From Octopus sinensis (taxonomy: Eukaryota): a stretch of 64,000 bases of DNA. Below are positions 53,390 to 64,000 of this stretch, in pieces. A program made the translations under genes and the position numbers. The DNA is taken from NCBI RefSeq assembly GCF_006345805.1, contig NC_042997.1:13516001-13580000 (forward strand). Direction: 5' to 3'. The notes beneath the pieces are model-generated. The model was not told the origin of the DNA. It searched no databases and worked only from the letters and a program-made list of their open reading frames with translations. Position 1 is the stretch's first letter, and the number at the start of each line of letters is the position of its first letter.

Positions 53390-55110
53390 CTGTATATATG
53401 TGTGTGCATGTATATATACATATATATATAAACACATACAAACACATGCATGTGTGTGTATATACGCACGCACACACAGACAGATTGATAACCCGCTGTT
53501 TTGACTGCGTGGTTGAGGCGGGGTCCATGTTTGTGTCTAAATATTCTGACGTGTGTACGCGAGAACCATTTCATGCAATTATGCCTAGTTACCATTTTGC
53601 TGCATAGTTTTTATTGTTTTAAATAATCTTACTTAACAGAGGTTTTAGGAACATCAGTGACCAGAGATAACTGTAAATGTATATTAGGATATGTGTATAA
53701 TTATATGTAATTTCTGTTTCTATAAGTAACATATCTCTATGCATTATGTCCACACATAAACACATATTAGTGTCTATATATGTATATATGCCTCCTCCTA
53801 TTCTCTCTCTTTTTCTCTCTCTGTATGCGTACACGTAGATATACACGAGAAATGGTAACAAGAAAGACACCTGTTTCTTTGCCTGGTGTGCAAAGGTTTA
53901 TTGTTTGACTGAATAAGAAAAATCTGCAGAATATATATGTCTTCAAGCGTGTGATGTGGTCACTGGTGATATGCACTCTGCTTCCTGAATCACAGAGATG
54001 ATTTGATTGCTCTCTTTGATTTTTCGCACGCAAAAGTGTCCAGGATTTCAACAGATTGATATTTCAAGAAAAAAAAAATGTAAAAATGTAAAGAGAAAAA
54101 TACAAAAATCACCTAATCACTTAAAGTTCAGTGGATGAAAACTAGCTGAAAGGGAAACAGAAAAGTTCGTGCAAACAAGTAAACGGCTCAAATAACAAAG
54201 TTTTTGAATGGCAGTTTTCTTTGTATAGTTGCAATAGGCGAGTCAGGGTTTGTTATTGACAGTATTACTTTCACAGAAGTATACTTGCCTTGCTTAGATA
54301 TTAGCGATACGTACTGGTGATAGCGTTGTTGTAATGATACCGAAAAAGTAAATCTTTTCTTTCTTTTTTTTTTTCTTTTTGGTCGTTTATTGAAGCTGTT
54401 TGTGATAAGTTTTCCGGGATTTTTCACTTTTTTTTTCTTCTTCACTTGTGACTCACACAATGCAAATATTTCCAGTTAGCTTGATGACCTTGTTGCATAC
54501 AATAACAGGTCATGCTAGATTCCTACCAATATCAAATATCATTCTTTCTGTTGTCTTCTCTTTAACTCATTCCATTTCTGTTTCGCCATCCATCACTCTG
54601 AAATACATATATTCGAGATAAGGTATCAATAAAATACCAGAGTATTAGTCAGTGCATCCTTTTCCTTCTGTGCAAAGAAAGTGCGGATTTACAGCGCGCT
54701 AAAATACATTTTTTTTATTGCTATAAGGTTTGTTTTACTTTTTTAGTTTTTTTTTCCAATCCAGAATTTACACTTTTTAAATTACATTTGCTCTTTCGTC
54801 ACTTCTATTCTTGTTTATCTCTTTCTTCTAATGGCTCCGTATCATTTGTAATGCAGTTCCTTGCCTCGTTATACTTATTCCTATAACTTCACATTGATTT
54901 ACTGCTTATACCGATTCCTACCAATCGACTGAGACCGTGCTTGGACACAGCTTTCTAATGTTGAGCAGACTACATTGTGGACGATACTTATTTTATGGGA
55001 GGGATCTTTAATTTATAGAACTCGGAAGACTGAAAAGCAAAGCAGATCTGGGCGAGAATTAAATCCACATTGTGGAAAGCTGTAACCAAATAGAATAAGT
55101 TATTTCTTCT

Positions 55111-55527
55111 AAGGCGGCGAGCTGGCAGAAACGTTAGTACGCCGGGCTAAATGCTTGGCGGTATTTCGTCTGCCGCTCGTGCTGAGTTCAAATTCCGCCG
55201 AGGTCGACTTTACCTTTCATCCTTTCGGGGTCGATTAAATAAGTACCAGTTACGCACTGGAGTCGATATAATCGACTTAATCAGTTTGTCTTCCCTTGTT
55301 TGTCCTCTCTGTGTTTAGCCCCTTGTGGGTAGTAAAGAAATAGGTATTTCGTCTGCCGTTACGTTGAGTTCAAATTCTACCGAGGTCGACTTTGCCTTTC
55401 ATCCCTTTCGGGGTCAATAAATTAAATACCAGTTACGCACTGGGGTCGATGTAATCGACTTAAGCCATGTGTCTGTCCTTGTTTGTCCCCTCTATATTTA
55501 GCGCCTTGTGGGCATTAAAAAAATAAG
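55111..55527 (+). mobile_element. SINE family A (two internal units)
   Basis: AAGGCGGCGAGCTGGCAGAAACG head; TSD-like AAGTTATTTCT on both sides. Confidence 0.92.
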
Positions 55528-57544
55528 AAAAAGTTATTTCTATTAACATTCACCTTTTATTAATATATAGTTTGGTATATCAAATTTTACATTATTTTTG
55601 TCGTAGTCTCCTTCGTATTTTACTCTTTTAACAATCTTTAAATTTTTGCTTATAAGTTATCTCGTTTTTAATCAAATAAGCTCATCTTTAACTAATTACT
55701 TTTTCATCGTGATATGCTATTACACTATTAGATTTGCTTCAAGCCTTAGCACATTTTTTTTATTTATTTAGCGCAATTACATGAAAACAGTTAATTAACG
55801 CATATAGCCCTAACAAAATAGGCCTTGTAACTAATCAACAAGAATCAGTGTGTATATATTAACAATAACAGTAGATATTTTTGTCATATGTAACGGAATA
55901 ATTAAAAATATCCGCAAGAGAAGAAATAAATACATAAATATCTATTAATTACAATTCTAAATTGTTTTAACTATAATGCTCTTTTTCATTTTATTTAAGA
56001 CTCCGGAAAGTTTTTTTTCTTTTGCCAATAAATTTTACAATAAATTTTCTCTGTTTCCCCTTTTTGCTCTGAAAAAAAGAAAAGGGAGGATTGTTGAATT
56101 TTTTTAAAATTTCATTTCGTTCAATATTATGAAATATATATTAGTTCTTTGTTAGAGGAAACCGCTCTCATTACTAATGATTAGTGGTATGCACTAACAG
56201 TTAATTAGTGAAGCTAACTTTTCGTTTAGCAGATTAGCGTTTTCACCAAATTTGGAAACCGTTAGCAGACCAATTAACTTCTGTTGAATTTAGTTCCGCT
56301 AACATTAAGTTCGCTAACAAAATTCATACGTTTGTTCCTTTCTGTTGTGGGCGTGTCTCGAAGAGTTAGGCTATTGGCTGACTACGTGCTAGCTGAGGTG
56401 TATTGTGCAATTCTGCAGTTTTGAGTTGTATTCACTTACGACGTTGTCACATCACAGACAGTGTCAGCGACAGCTGTGTACGTTATCAGCTTATCAAGTT
56501 TTCGGTTATCGTTATGGAAAGTGAAGAAGTTTTTGTTTGGCCTGAGGATGAAGGCCTGTTGAGGAGTCTGCAACGACTGTGGGTGAGGAAGAGGTCGCTC
56601 AGAACCTGTGGCCCTCACCTGGAGGACAACTTCGTCCTTACGTCAAGGGATCAGAAGAACGCCAAAAATCCTGTACTTCCGCTGCGTCATGTGCCAGTCC
56701 AAGGAGACCACCAACAAGGAACAAGCGTCGAGCCTCTACAACTAGAAGTAGCATGTCAACACACAGTGCATGCCATCTAGTTTCAGAAGAGGCTCAAGGC
56801 CGGCTCTTCCCATGGGAAGCAGAGACAAACTTCTGGTAGCAGAGCCAGTAGCCAGTCGTCGCAGCCATGGGCAAAGAAAGCACACCAGTCAAGCTTTGGC
56901 GAGACGTTTGCCCAAACTGCAAACGTCCGTTGGTCTATGTTGGACAGAAGGATGGTAGACTTGTTTGAAGACAATATGCTACCACTGCTTAAGACGCTGA
57001 ACTCCAGCAAGACGTCAGTGTCCTGCTGTACACTGGGCAGGATGATCTCGGTCAGCCATAAACAGCTCTTTGTTAATCTCCAGCAGTTTTTTCTAACAGA
57101 GAACTCACTGCCGTTGAGTTCTCTGTTGAGGCGGTTTCCAATCTTTGTACACCATTCTATAAGAACTTCCCTCTCCTTGGGAATCTATTTTTATATGCAG
57201 TGGCCATTCTCTCAGGGACAAAGTTGTAGCATTACAGGCTTGCATTACATACATGGAAGCTTTCAATTTCATGTCTCTGTCACATGTAGAGAGACATTGG
57301 GTCCAGTCCTGTTTGGTAATCAGGACGCTACATCGAAGTGGCCAGGGTACAGAAGAAAGAAGGAGATAGAAGACATACACTCAACACCAGAGCTGAAGAC
57401 ACCTCCGAAAGGAGGGAGGCCGCCACGTCAAAGCGGTAGAGGAGTAGGGGCCGAAACCAGACGTGGTTCCTCCTGATGATGTCTTGAGCTAACTGTATCC
57501 TGTAAAGGAGCTGTTGTGGTAGCAGACCACGAAACACGGTTGAA

Positions 57545-58072
57545 ATTCCTCCTTTCTCACTTGATTTCCAGTCTGCATTGTAGTAGTTCAGATTGGACAG
57601 GTTTTGGTTGCTTATTATAGGTTACATGTCTGTCGGTTCCTTTGGTCCATACATGGTCAGCTCTATTATGTTGTGACCCGAAATTAGTGTCAGTGTCACT
57701 TTCATATTATGGAGAAGATCCACATTGTTGTGAAGTAGAGATCAAGTATAATATTTGCCCTGATTTTTTGGAGTATTATTTGCTCCATATATAAATTGTT
57801 GGTGAGGTTGAGCAGGATTCCACCTGATTTTGCTCGAAAAGCATCAGTCCGGAGAGGAAAAGGCCTTCGGGCCATTTAACACTGAGCAGGTTGAAGTCTT
57901 CCATGAGAGGTACACTGATGTGCTCTTCTATTTTGTTTAAGAACTCTTCTATACTTACAAGGCAGTCTTCGAATAGGCCCCTGTGATTTGGGGCATCTGG
58001 TGGGCGATATGTAGTACATATAACTATGTCAAGATGTCTATTAGTGCGTCACACACTGAGTTTGAGTGTGAC
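57545..58072 (-). mobile_element. CR1/L2-type LINE AP-endonuclease fragment
   Basis: IVICTTYRPPD, MEDFNLLSVKW, NIILDL, ISGHNII (YRPP, GDFN and SDH motifs). Confidence 0.8.
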
Positions 58073-58229
58073 AAAAGGATCTGGGACGTTAGGTCTGGCA
58101 CTTTCTATTCTCTTTATGAGTACTACTAAATCAGGCCTTCTAACTTCTATTACTATTTCAGTCTGCCTTAAGTTGGAGAGTACCATGCTATGTCATTGTC
58201 TTATTATTAATATTATTATTATTATTATT

Positions 58230-58621
58230 CAGTAGTTTTATTTTTATAGCGTGCTTTCACTTCACTACCGAGCGCAGCTCTGTGTGCCTTGGGTATGTGC
58301 TGTGATTTGTTGTGATGCTCTGATGGTTATTGTATGGAAAGTGTTCTGCGTAGGATGTGTGCAGTGCCTAGTAGTGCAATTTTCTGTATGTTATATGTGT
58401 TTGTAAGTCCTGGTGTTTTTGTTATGTATTTGTCTGAATATTTTTTTATCATGCCTAATGCACCTACTATGATAGGAATTGTTTCTGTTTTCAGGTTCCA
58501 CATTCTAGTTACCTCTATTTCCAGGTCTTTGTATTTTGAGAGTTTCTCCATTTCTTTTAGAGACACGTTGTCATCTGCCGGTATTGATACATCAATTAGA
58601 AAGCATTTTTTTTCTTCATGA
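58230..58621 (-). mobile_element. R4/Dong-clade LINE 3' fragment
   Basis: KEMEKLSKYKDLEIEVTRMW...IPIIVGALG...IQKIALLGTAHILRRTL plus 3' UTR and (TAA)n tail. Confidence 0.92.
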
Positions 58622-58711
58622 AAATTTTTTTCTTCTTCTTCTTATTATTATTATTATTACTTTTTTTTATTATTATTATTAATTATAATTATAATTATAA
58701 TTATTATTATA

Positions 58712-58753
<42 letters not shown>

Positions 58754-58755
<2 letters not shown>

Positions 58756-58912
58756 GGTGGTGGGCTGGCAGAATCATTAGCACGCTCGACGAAATGCTTA
58801 GCGGTATTTCGTCTACCGTTACGTTCTGAGTTAAAATTCCACCGAGGTCGACTTTGCCTTTCATCCTTTAGGGGTCGATAAATTAAGTACCAGTTGCGTA
58901 CTGGAGTCGATC

Positions 58913-58913
<1 letters not shown>
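58754..58913 (+). mobile_element. SINE family A, 3'-truncated, inside an (ATT)n tract
   Basis: AAGGTGGTGGGCTGGCAGAATC...AAGTACCAGTTGCGTACTGGAGTCGATCT. Confidence 0.88.
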
Positions 58914-58957
<44 letters not shown>

Positions 58958-58985
58958 CATCATCATCATTACTATTATTATTATT

Positions 58986-59323
58986 CAGTAGTTTTATTTT
59001 TATAGTGTGCTTTCACTTCACTACTGAACGCAGCTCTGTGTGGCTTGGGTATGTGCTGTGTTTTGCTGTGATGCTCTTATGGTTACTGTATTGAAACTGT
59101 TTTGAGTAGGATGTGTGCAGTGCCCAGTAGTGCAATTTTCTGTATGTTATATATATTTTTAAGTCCTGGTGTTTTTGTTATGTATTTGTCTGAATATTTT
59201 TTTATCATTCCTATTGTGCCTACTATGATAAGAATTGTTTCTGTTTTTAGATTCTACATTCGAGTTGCCTCCATTTCCAGGTCTTTTTATTTGGATAATT
59301 TCTCCATTTCTTTTAGAGAAACG

Positions 59324-59325
<2 letters not shown>
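58986..59325 (-). mobile_element. R4/Dong-clade LINE 3' fragment (diverged copy)
   Basis: Homologous to 58230-58621. Confidence 0.9.
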
Positions 59326-59371
<46 letters not shown>

Positions 59372-59745
59372 GCTTTTGCATATCTTATAACGCTGGAGAT
59401 GTACTACAGTGTCAGTTGTTCACTACCAGGGAAGTAAGGTAACACCTCTTTTTTTTCGCGCATCTTCCGAAGTATTCGGGCGGTTCCAAGCAGTGCTGTT
59501 TTCTGCAAGTGCTCCACCCTTATCACAGCCTCTATTTGTTCCACCTACTTCTCAAGATTTTTGCTCACTGTTCCCAGGGCTCCGACAATTATTGGTATTG
59601 CTACAACCTTTTTCATCGACCAGAACTGCTTAACTCTCCAGGCTAACCTGTCATATCTCCCGACTTTTCTTTCTTCCTTATCGCATACTTTGTTGCCAGC
59701 TGGGCATACCATATCTGATCAAGCATAGTTTGTTTTCTTTTTTAA

Positions 59746-59747
<2 letters not shown>
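59372..59747 (-). mobile_element. R4/Dong-like LINE 3' fragment of a different family
   Basis: Broken frames with KENKLCLI, DMVCP, IPIIVGALGTVSK, LQKTALLGTARILRK. Confidence 0.8.
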
Positions 59748-59788
<41 letters not shown>

Positions 59789-59792
59789 CATA

Positions 59793-60567
59793 CAGTAGTT
59801 TTATTTTTATAGTGTGCTTTCACTTCACTACCGAGCGCAGCTCTGTGTGCCTTGGGTATGTGCTGTGATTTGTTGTGATGCTCTGATGGTTATTGTATGG
59901 AAAGTGTTCTGCGTAGGATGTGTGCAGTGCCTAGTAGTGCAATTTTCTGTATGTTATATGTGTTTGTAAGTCCTGGTGTTTTTGTTATGTATTTGTCTGA
60001 ATATTTTTTTATCATGTCTAATGCACCTACTATGATAGGAATTTTTTCTGTTTTCAGATTCCACATTCTAGTTACCTCTATTTCCAGGTCTTTGTATTTT
60101 GAGAGTTTCTCCATTTCTTTTAGAGACACGTTGTCATCTGTCGGTATTGATACATCAATTAGAAAGCATTTTTTTTCTTCATGATCTCTGACAACTATAT
60201 CTGGTCTGTTGGCCTTAATTTCTCTATCTGTGTGTATCGGCATATCCCAGAGTATGGTTGCTTTCTCGTTTTCTGTGACCTTTTCTGGTGTGTGCCTATA
60301 CCATCTTTTTTCTGTTGTTATTCCATAATGTTGGCATAGCTTCCAATGTATGTAGGTTCCAACTCTGTCATGTCTGTGAATATATTCCTTCTTAGCTAGG
60401 ACTGGGCAGCTAGAGATAATATGATTTATTGTTTCTTGTCCATCTCCACATATTCTGCAGTTACTTGTAATATTTCTTTTCATTACATGTTTTTGGTAAT
60501 TTCTGGTGGGGAGGCTTTGGTCTTGTGCTGCAATTAAAAATCCCTCTGTTTCTGCTTTGAGTCCTGA
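59793..60567 (-). mobile_element. R4/Dong-clade LINE 3' fragment with open zinc-knuckle and REL endonuclease frame (ORF 59890-60483)
   Basis: CRICGDGQETINHIISSC, RHDRV, ILWD...ANRPDIVV...CFLIDVSIP...KYKDL; upstream LIAAQDQSL. Confidence 0.95.
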
Positions 60568-60611
60568 TTATTATTATTATTATTATTATTATCATTATTA
60601 CTATTATTATT

Positions 60612-60858
60612 CAGTAGTCTTATTTTTTATCACGTGCCTTCACTGCACTACCGAACGCAGCTCTGTGTGCCTTGGGTATGTGTTGTGCTTCTCTTATTTT
60701 TACCGTATTTAAAGTGTTTTACGTAGGATGTGTATGGTGCCTAGTAGTACTGTTTTCTGCATGTTATATATACTTGTTAGTCCTGGTGCTTTTGTTATGC
60801 ATTTGTCTGAATAATGTTTTTATCTTACCTAATGCGCCTACTATGATAGTAATTGTTT
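60612..60858 (-). mobile_element. R4/Dong-clade LINE 3' fragment (older copy)
   Basis: Homologous to the 3' end of 59793-60567. Confidence 0.85.
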
Positions 60859-61809
60859 ATTATTATTGGTCGTCTACTGAGGAAGCCACGCTTGACCTCG
60901 GTTCCGTATTTTGTTTTCGAAAATCGTCAGTTTTCTCCGGAAAATAGCGGTGCTTTCCTGTCATTTTCAACCAGGGTGGACAATAAGGGATCCTTCTGCT
61001 AGTGAGTTCCATTTTTTCTTTTTTTTGGATAAAAGTCTTCCATGTTCTTGGGGGACTTATCCAGTCTATTCCATTTCTTATTCCACGTGGAAAATTTTGA
61101 ATTTTGCTCCGTGTCAGCAACATTTCAGTCGTCGATGAGAGATGGGGATAGACAAAGGGGTGTCTTGCTACAAAAATGAGAGGGTGACATTTCTTCGCTG
61201 TTGGCGCGGCTACTAGACAAGCAAGCAGGAAAAGCAAGTTGACCATTCCAATCACAAAAAAAAAAAACTCCGATACCACCACCATCATCCCCTCTGCCAC
61301 CACCACTACGAAGAACAGCAATGAAAATAAGCGTAGCAGCAGGCAGCAGCAGAAGCAGTAGCAACAACATTAAAGATTTGACAGGAGAGACAAATAAGTA
61401 GTACATATAGGATATAAATGGTTTTCCCCCATTAGCTTGACTCCTTCGGTCAACAATATGAACATCACCAGAAACAAAAGTGTCGCTTTGGCTCCGACTA
61501 ACACCAACGATGAAAGGAACAACACTGTGGTGTTTGTGGTGTTATGGGCTGTGATGTGCTATGTGGTGTTGTCGGAGATGAGGAATTTCTTTCTTCCTTT
61601 TGCTTCTTTTTTCTGTTGTCTTTTTCCTCCATCACACAACAAATACCAACAGCAAAAATGATATAATAAACACCAACAATAACAGTAAGGATAAAAACAT
61701 ACTCCTTTGCTGGAGTAACAAAATTGCAGGAGCAAATCTCCCTGGAAGGATAACATGAGCACCTGGGTATGTAGTGGGGATAGGAAAGTTAATCTTGCTA
61801 TCCCTTCAG

Positions 61810-63187
61810 GTTTGATGGAGAAGACGGCCAGAAGGGCCATCGTGTACAGATGTACTAAAGACGAGGAAAATCTTCAATGCGCCACACATCCAAGTCGAAA
61901 AATGCTCGCAAGGCATTTGGACTGATACTGATTTCTTCACACGAGGGAGACAATATGGTTCTGTGGAAGTGAGGTTCCTCACAGAGGCACTGGCCCAAAA
62001 ACAATTAATAGTCCAATGCGAACACGAGGATCTTCTTCTCCTTCCCTCGTGCATTCGACTGCGTACGGCAAAAGTTAAAATATCAGATGTACCACCAGAA
62101 TTAGACATTTGGTGATTGGTTGCGTGCGTTGTGGTCGAAGGCCTGGATTCACTTCTAGGAATTAAAATATATTGGAAGGAGAACTGACCCGGAATCGGGT
62201 TCGAAACTTTGATCTAAGTAAAACTGGAATCATTGGACAAGGTCCCTGACCTTATCGAGCTGCTAAACGGAGCACAACTCTATGTCGTGGTGGAAAGCAG
62301 AATCCAAATTGCTACACTTGTGAGTGTAACGCCCATTTGAATGACCACAAAATCAACAAAATGGAGCTCGAGGAACGGCAGCTATGCGACCACCACCACC
62401 ATAGGAAGGCCAAAAGCTACAACAACAATCAATGCAGCAACAATCATTGAAGCAACATTTTCAAAAGCAGAATCCCACCCCCACAATGACACCAACAACT
62501 GTAGTGGTGGAAACAAGAAACGCCCGACTATCCCTACAGTCTGGCAACATAGATACACCATACACTCCCGACACGGGCGTGTATGGATAATTTCTAGATG
62601 TCCTTGGCCTGGCAGTGCTACCGGGTGTCGCTACCGGTTCGAGATATGCTCTACAGGCACGATGTGCTGTCAGACTGAGTTGTCCGAGGAGAGCGCAGAG
62701 TGACGAAACCGTTCTGCACGCTCTCGTTGAGTGTCCGGGCATTGCTGACTTGTGGGGTTATACTGAACAGCTGCTGTCACGTGTGGGCCGGATCCGTCTG
62801 TCGGCCGAATCTATAGTGATGATTGCACCGCCGCCCAGTTTTCCTTTGCCTGGTGGCTGTGGCAAAAGAGGATGTTTGGTGAACAAGGCTGAAAGGCTGA
62901 GGACAGATACATTCCTCTTTGGTAGAGCTCTCATTCACTTTTTCAAGTTTCACTTGAAAACTAAAATTGAGAGTGGAGAGAGAAGAGTTTATTGACAGGT
63001 GGGTAAAAGCTACGAAAATGGCAAGAGTGGATAGTACCTCTCTAAGTGTTTACCTGTGAGTCGGAGAAAAGGAATTGGAGAGGGCACTTGCTCATAGGAT
63101 TTCAGTGAAATCTCGGACAGTGGGGTTCCTCCATTAACCTTAGAGGCGTCCCTGTATCAGGAGGGATATATCTCTATCACCCCGCCC

Positions 63188-63232
<45 letters not shown>

Positions 63233-63240
63233 TATTAGTA
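61810..63240 (+). mobile_element. L1/Tx1-clade LINE remnant: ORF1 piece (~61810-62530) joined to ORF2 C-terminus (~62540-63060), 3' UTR and (TAT)n tail
   Basis: RGRQYGSVEVRF, TAKVKISDVPPELD, CYTCECNAH knuckle; LAWQCYRVSLPVRD, CPRRAQSDETVLHALVECP..LW (zf-RVT-like). Confidence 0.75.
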
Positions 63241-63524
63241 TTTAACTAGTTAATTATTTAACCAGTTAAGTGATTGATTGTTATATTATCCATTCGGTAC
63301 TTCACTCAATCAATGAAGTTCATCACGTTTCTACGTCGTCATTCGTGTAATCATCATCATGACCTCTTTACAGCAGATCTTTTCCATCCTGTTTACAGAT
63401 ACTATGTAACTATAGGGATCTTAATGAGGTTGTTTCTGAGTGAGGGAGAGGGTGTGTGTGTGTGTGTGTGTGAATAGTATGGATTCTGTGAACTGCGTGA
63501 GTGGTAAAATACTTATTCATTTTT

Positions 63525-63915
63525 ATCTTTTATCTGTTTCAGGCATTGGACTGCGGCCATACTGGGGTACAGCTTTAAAGAACCTTCAGTCGAATAACTT
63601 CATCCCAGTACTTATATTTTTCTTTAAGTTTGCTTACGGGGACGTAAGCAAGCCAACACAGTCATTAAGAAACTCACGCGCGCACACACATACATACTCA
63701 CACACACACACACGCTCACACATACTCACATACGCACACACAGACACATACACATATACACGACGAGTTTCTCTCAGTTTCCGTCTACTACCAAATCCAG
63801 CCACGAGGCTTTGGTCGGCCCGAGACTATAGTAGAAGATACCTGGCCATGAGGTCACGCAGTGACTAAAAGTGAAACTATGTGGTTAGGAAGCAAGCTTC
63901 TTACCACACAACCAC
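63525..63915 (-). mobile_element. Diverged SINE family B copy
   Basis: CTGCGGCCATACTGGGG...CAGTTTCCGTCTAC...GGCTTTGGTCGGCCCGAGACTATAGTAGAAGA...CTTACCACACA. Confidence 0.85.
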
Positions 63916-64000
63916 GGTTAGTGATATTTTCTTTGTGAATGGACCGAATGTGTTGCGACTGTATGTGTGTATACGTGTATGAACATTGCAGTCGAGTCAC

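Noticed and set aside
54188-54600. Lys-rich minus-strand ORF with an upstream acceptor-like TTTCAG
   Set aside because: Driven by poly-T runs, with multiple stops and no recognisable domain

Overview
AT-rich, microsatellite-saturated eukaryotic non-coding DNA. The SINE, LINE and microsatellite repertoire looks like a coleoid cephalopod, most likely Octopus (inference from pattern recognition, not a search). I find no intact host protein-coding gene; nearly all ORF-track entries are artefacts of (TA)n/(TATG)n/(GAA)n/(ATT)n repeats. The window holds two full-length but dead mariner transposons plus a fragment, three non-autonomous Helitrons, degraded RTE, R4/Dong, CR1 and L1/Tx1 LINE pieces, about 20 tRNA-derived SINE copies of three families, a 5S rRNA pseudogene and a possible decayed multi-exon gene on the minus strand (5.1-10.4 kb). 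The most interesting signal is a set of minimal type-I hammerhead-ribozyme motifs (CUGANGA-stem II-GAAA-palindromic loop III-NUH) in several unrelated short repeats, with best copies at 17078-17161 and 27361-27430. This suggests undescribed Penelope-like or retrozyme-type families. Also notable are a 243-bp hairpin with non-random mismatches, many inverted repeats (potential ADAR substrates) and a pile-up of R4/Dong 3' ends in (TAA)n tracts. Degraded-element boundaries are approximate.
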